From Opitutales bacterium (GTDB lineage Bacteria > Verrucomicrobiota > Verrucomicrobiia > Opitutales > PNEW01), in the NCBI GenBank assembly GCA_965197745.1, contig CBDANS010000005.1:224001-288000 (forward strand): a stretch of DNA of 64,000 nucleotides, read 5' to 3'. Below, piece after piece: positions 60,070 through 64,000 of this stretch (positions are counted from its first letter, which is position 1; every line of letters starts with the position of its first letter). Position numbers and translations under genes: made by a program. The notes below the pieces were generated by a model. The model saw only the letters and a list, made by a program, of their open reading frames with translations, did no database searches and was not told where the DNA came from.

Positions 60070-60122
60070 GCAGATATACGGAGTTATTATTCCATCGTTC
60101 GAAGGACAGCTCAAATCAGGGG

Positions 60123-61628
60123 CTATAGATAGAGGGGTAAGTAGCGCTCTTCCAAATATTTGATCAGACTTTTCGGAGAAAGGGCCTCTCCTGTCACCAT
60201 CTGTGTTAAAGTGAGCGTGTCGTATTGTTTTCCGTGACCGTGAATATTTATCCTTAACCAATTAAGGAGTGTGGAAAAATCACCCCTGAGAAAATCCTCT
60301 TCGAGACCGGGCTGTGCCTTGCGCACGGCAAACCAAAGTTGGGCTGCAAGCATATTGCCGAGGCAGTAGCTGGGGAAATATCCAAAACTCCCGGAAGACC
60401 AGTGGATATCCTGAAGCACTCCCTCACTGTCACTCCTTGGTTTCAATCCGACTATCTCCAGGGATAAGCGATTCCACTCAGCAGGGAGGTCTTCGATGGT
60501 GAGATCACCTGAAAATAGTCTTTTTTCCAATTCGAATCGCAATATGATATGCAGGTTGTAAGTGACTTCGTCGGAATCGACCCGAATCGGATTCAAAGCC
60601 ACCGCATTTAGGGTGAGATAAAATTGTTCACGCGAAATTTTTGCCAGTTGACCAGGGAAAAGTTTGCGGTATTTAGGTTCCCAATATTCCCAGAACGACC
60701 TGCTCCGCCCCACCTGGTTTTCCCAAAGTCGGCTTTGGGATTCGTGGACAGCCATACCAACCGCCGAACCCAAAGCAGTCCCGAGATGCGCGGAAGGTAA
60801 GCCCTGTTCGTACATTCCATGTCCGGTTTCATGAATAGAGCTGAAAAGCGAACTTAACGGGTTATTAGCCTCATAGCGTGTGGTCATGCGCGTATCGCTG
60901 CCATCTCCCCCGCAAAATGGGTGTAGGGCCTGGTCGATGCGGCCATGATCGTAATCAAAGCCGAGCGCGGCGGTAACTTCGCGTAAAAAATCCTCCTGCA
61001 ATTCTCTGGGGAATTCTCTCAATATTGAAGTGTCTGCCCTGGTTGATGATTTTAAGATTTTCTGCACAAGAGGAATGAGATCCTTTTTAAGAGCATTAAA
61101 AAGCTTGTTAATGATATCAGCATTTAAACCGGGATCGTGATTATCTATATGGTAATCATAGGCATTTTCACGGGTGTAGCCAATATACTGGGCTTCCTCG
61201 ATGGCACTGTTCACCTGTTGCTTTAAAAGAGGAGCAAAGAGACTAAAATTATTTTTTTCACGCGCTTCCGCCCACGCATGATAGGCCTTACTATCCAGGG
61301 CGGATTTTCTAGCAACAAATTCAGCCGGCAGTTTTGTCATTCGGTCGTAATTACGCCGTGCCTCTTTAAGCACAGCCAGCTCTTGATTGCTAAACTGCAC
61401 AGTATTATTTTCCAATTCTTCAATCCACTGACCCATTTGCGGCAGTGTCGATTCCCGATGGACAAGGTCGGCTAAGGCGGATAGTTGCTCGGCACGCTGA
61501 CTGGAACTTCCTTTGGGTAAATTTACCTGCTCGTCCCAGTGCATAAGACCCAATGCACCGCCAAGAAGATAGATGCGTTTTAATTCAACAAGCAGTTTAT
61601 TATATGTCGTAGCTTCATTCACTGGCAT
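60123..61628 (-). CDS. Carboxypeptidase, M32 family
   Basis: HPF, HETGHGMYEQG, HESQSRLWEN, IRVDSDE, LQDIHWS, YFPSY. Confidence 0.95.
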   Translation of the reverse strand: MPVNEATTYNKLLVELKRIYLLGGALGLMHWDEQVNLPKGSSSQRAEQLSALADLVHRESTLPQMGQWIEELENNTVQFSNQELAVLKEARRNYDRMTKLPAEFVARKSALDSKAYHAWAEAREKNNFSLFAPLLKQQVNSAIEEAQYIGYTRENAYDYHIDNHDPGLNADIINKLFNALKKDLIPLVQKILKSSTRADTSILREFPRELQEDFLREVTAALGFDYDHGRIDQALHPFCGGDGSDTRMTTRYEANNPLSSLFSSIHETGHGMYEQGLPSAHLGTALGSAVGMAVHESQSRLWENQVGRSRSFWEYWEPKYRKLFPGQLAKISREQFYLTLNAVALNPIRVDSDEVTYNLHIILRFELEKRLFSGDLTIEDLPAEWNRLSLEIVGLKPRSDSEGVLQDIHWSSGSFGYFPSYCLGNMLAAQLWFAVRKAQPGLEEDFLRGDFSTLLNWLRINIHGHGKQYDTLTLTQMVTGEALSPKSLIKYLEERYLPLYL

Positions 61629-61653
61629 GGGGATGTTAAATATGAATTTTATA

Positions 61654-62406
61654 TTACTCCCATATTTTTCCAATTTCATCGAGCAGGACCCAACCGGATT
61701 TACCCTGAGGGGTGCTTAAGAAAAGAAAATTCTGATGGGCTCGCTCCATAATTGCCAATTCACCCGCTTGGACATATGCCGTAGATGGACTGATCTCCGT
61801 GGGAGCAACTCTTAGAGTAGTATCATTGTTGAGAATCACTACTTCTTTATTTTTATTTTGGTAACCATAAAGAGCCAGTATGGAAATCAATGAAAATATT
61901 GCACCGGTAGCCATCAGCATGCGAGTGACGGTACTGCTTACACCATAGAGGCGCGGTAGCAGATAGAGCGCTATCATGGCCCAAAAACTGACGGTACAAA
62001 TCCAGCACCATGTGGAAAGCGAAAGAGCAATCGCAATACGTGTGATCCAGTGATATTCCGGTGAAGTGAGGTCTGAGTTTTCCCTCACAAATTTCAGGTT
62101 TGCCTGAACATCTGGATTGCCCGGTTGCAGGGCCAGTGATTTCTCATAATGCAATATAGCATTACCTGTTTTTCCACTTTTATACCAGGCGTTACCCAGA
62201 TTGTAGTGAAGCGCGGCAGATTGAGATATATTCAGGCATTCCTCGTAAAGCATGATTGCTTCATCAAGGTTATCTCGACTGTAAGCTTCATTCCCTTGAT
62301 TAAAGAGAGATTCCAGCTTTGCTCCATAAGTATAATTCTGCGGCCAGACAATAATAATTACGAGGCACATCAACGCTATCTGTATCGTTCTATTTATTAC
62401 TATCAT
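61654..62406 (-). CDS. BatE-like TPR/SH3 membrane protein
   Basis: FNQGNEAY, YNLGNAWYK.G..G.AILHYEK, two transmembrane helices, SH3-like GKSGWV; downstream of BatD. Confidence 0.8.
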   Translation of the reverse strand: MIVINRTIQIALMCLVIIIVWPQNYTYGAKLESLFNQGNEAYSRDNLDEAIMLYEECLNISQSAALHYNLGNAWYKSGKTGNAILHYEKSLALQPGNPDVQANLKFVRENSDLTSPEYHWITRIAIALSLSTWCWICTVSFWAMIALYLLPRLYGVSSTVTRMLMATGAIFSLISILALYGYQNKNKEVVILNNDTTLRVAPTEISPSTAYVQAGELAIMERAHQNFLFLSTPQGKSGWVLLDEIGKIWE

Positions 62407-64000
62407 CCCATGGCCTCGATACTGTTCAGGACTTTGCTTAAGTTTTTCCCCCACTTTGCAAGCGGCTCAGTTTCGTCTATGCCATCCGCAAATTTGATGG
62501 CGTCGGCAGCGTTGAAAAACTGGCGCAAGCTCATTCGCAATTCGTCGGAGGCATTGTGCTCGGATAAATATTGATCGATTTCCAGCAAAATGAGAGTCTC
62601 CGGACGGCTGGAAAAATGTCTTCCTACACTTTCCTGAAGCGCGCGTTGTGCCGCTTCAAAAAAAGCGGGCGCGTCATTATTGGCAACCGCTTTCCTTGCT
62701 TTGGATAACCATTTGCGAACGGACTTGCTTCCGCTTACATGACGGGCAAATACTTCATCGCTTTGCAAACGAATTTGTCTTCGACGAATGACCGCAATGA
62801 CACTAAGGATGATCACGGGCAGAAGCTGGCTGATGAGAAATGTCGGTTCTTTGTATACGGGGGATATCTTATTGACCCATTTACCAGGCAACAGCTGAAT
62901 AGGCAAGAGGGTAGCCGGTGTTTTAATCCCCTCTGATTCGTTTGTTTGCGCGGTTTGCTGTGCCATGACGGCAGTGGGAGAAACAGCGCTGGAAGTGGAA
63001 GCGGGCAGCACTTTTATAGGAAACGACTTGGTGCTTAAATCCACATATTCTCCGGAATCAGGATCAAAGTAATTAAAAGCGACAGCGGGGATAGCATCTA
63101 CCTCCTCTGATTGCGGAATTATGATGTATTCAAATGATTTTTCTCCTCGGTAGCCGATCTCGTCACTTGGAGTAAATTCGGATTTTGGGGGATAGCGTTT
63201 GAAATTATCAGCATCCGAAAATTCAGGTGCGGCAATACGATCAAAGTTTCCCTCACCCGTAGCAACCATCTTAAGGGTTATAGGTTCACCTGCTTCGACC
63301 TCAGATGTCGATACGTGAGTCTTGAGAGCAAAGGTCCCTATGGCCCCAGAGAAGTTTTTCGGTTTCCCCTTTTTCGGTAAATCGAGAATTGTCAATTTAA
63401 TATCTCCAGTAAATAAAGTTGTATCTTCATATTGTCCCCGATTAAAAAATGAGTCATCGAATAAACTGTCGAATGGGCTGCGGCGGGAGGGTTTACCTCG
63501 CATCACGACCGCCATATCAAGGTGATAGCTTAGTATTCCTTCACCTGCTTTAATTGCAGTGAGATTAAGCGGCCAATTAAATACACGATAGATTTGTCCG
63601 TTAACAACTTCCTGTGAGCCCAGGGGTTCTTCTCTCAAATCACTTTGCGTGAAGGCATCTCCTTTCTTTTCCGGATAGGCGCGTAATCGAGCTTGAATAT
63701 CCCGGCGGATATACACTTTTAAATTACTGGGGATGCTTTCTCCGACATAGTAGGTTTCTTTAGGCAGATCCAATCTAAGAAACATTGATTCCTCGAATTC
63801 CTTACCGCGTGGAACGACTTTCAGTTGTGATTCAGGAACCTGAAAATTGCGCCCTTTTATATTCACTAGCCATGGATCAATCGTAAATGTCCCTTCGTGT
63901 TCAGCTTGCACGCTAAATGCATAGGTAATAAGTACCGTCTGTCTTCCTTGAACAATGTTTATCCCACGAGACACTGAAGGTGTATTGTCTATCTTAAGAC
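62403..64000 (-). CDS. batD: BatD-family protein (5' end outside window)
   Basis: YYVGE, FSGAIGTF, GEPITL, GEGN, FNYFDP..GEY; late transmembrane helix. Confidence 0.82.
   Translation of the reverse strand, partial: LKIDNTPSVSRGINIVQGRQTVLITYAFSVQAEHEGTFTIDPWLVNIKGRNFQVPESQLKVVPRGKEFEESMFLRLDLPKETYYVGESIPSNLKVYIRRDIQARLRAYPEKKGDAFTQSDLREEPLGSQEVVNGQIYRVFNWPLNLTAIKAGEGILSYHLDMAVVMRGKPSRRSPFDSLFDDSFFNRGQYEDTTLFTGDIKLTILDLPKKGKPKNFSGAIGTFALKTHVSTSEVEAGEPITLKMVATGEGNFDRIAAPEFSDADNFKRYPPKSEFTPSDEIGYRGEKSFEYIIIPQSEEVDAIPAVAFNYFDPDSGEYVDLSTKSFPIKVLPASTSSAVSPTAVMAQQTAQTNESEGIKTPATLLPIQLLPGKWVNKISPVYKEPTFLISQLLPVIILSVIAVIRRRQIRLQSDEVFARHVSGSKSVRKWLSKARKAVANNDAPAFFEAAQRALQESVGRHFSSRPETLILLEIDQYLSEHNASDELRMSLRQFFNAADAIKFADGIDETEPLAKWGKNLSKVLNSIEAMG

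Noticed and set aside
16985..63525. Numerous short antisense or overlapping ORFs in the track
   Set aside because: They are shadows of well-supported genes in another strand or frame and carry no motifs.

Overview
Bacterial chromosomal window. Protein style and gene set (phosphoglucomutase, short L35, T2SS and TonB2 clusters, Bat proteins) suggest Verrucomicrobiota/Opitutales, which is inference only. Positions 1-11.8 kb are a decayed accessory island lying 3' of tRNA-Tyr. It holds three broken IS3-family elements, a serine recombinase followed by a tandem array of small paralogous ORFs, a prophage remnant (interrupted terminase genes, Prim-Pol-like ORF), a frameshifted nucleoside-deoxyribosyltransferase-like gene, FGE-sulfatase, LOG and membrane genes, and an IS-truncated four-helix-bundle gene. 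Three tRNAs follow (Tyr, Thr, Gln). The rest is mostly core genome: TetR, ACT protein, a CHASE2-cyclase pseudogene, DCC-LMF, ubiE, a ClpX-like ATPase, HU, hisS, def, an uncharacterised MotA/MotB-like pair, disrupted exeA/gspB-like genes, pgm, an 11-gene T2SS cluster, a TonB2-type cluster, rpmI-rplT-pheST-gatCAB, an M32 carboxypeptidase and bat genes. The most unusual signal is a family of 32-43 nt insertions built on GCGAAGC-type mini-hairpins. Near-identical copies sit at the same G^AATTC site in two divergent transposases, and a related copy sits at G^AATCC in a duplicated tRNA-Gln 3' end. All calls were made by eye; no database searches were run.
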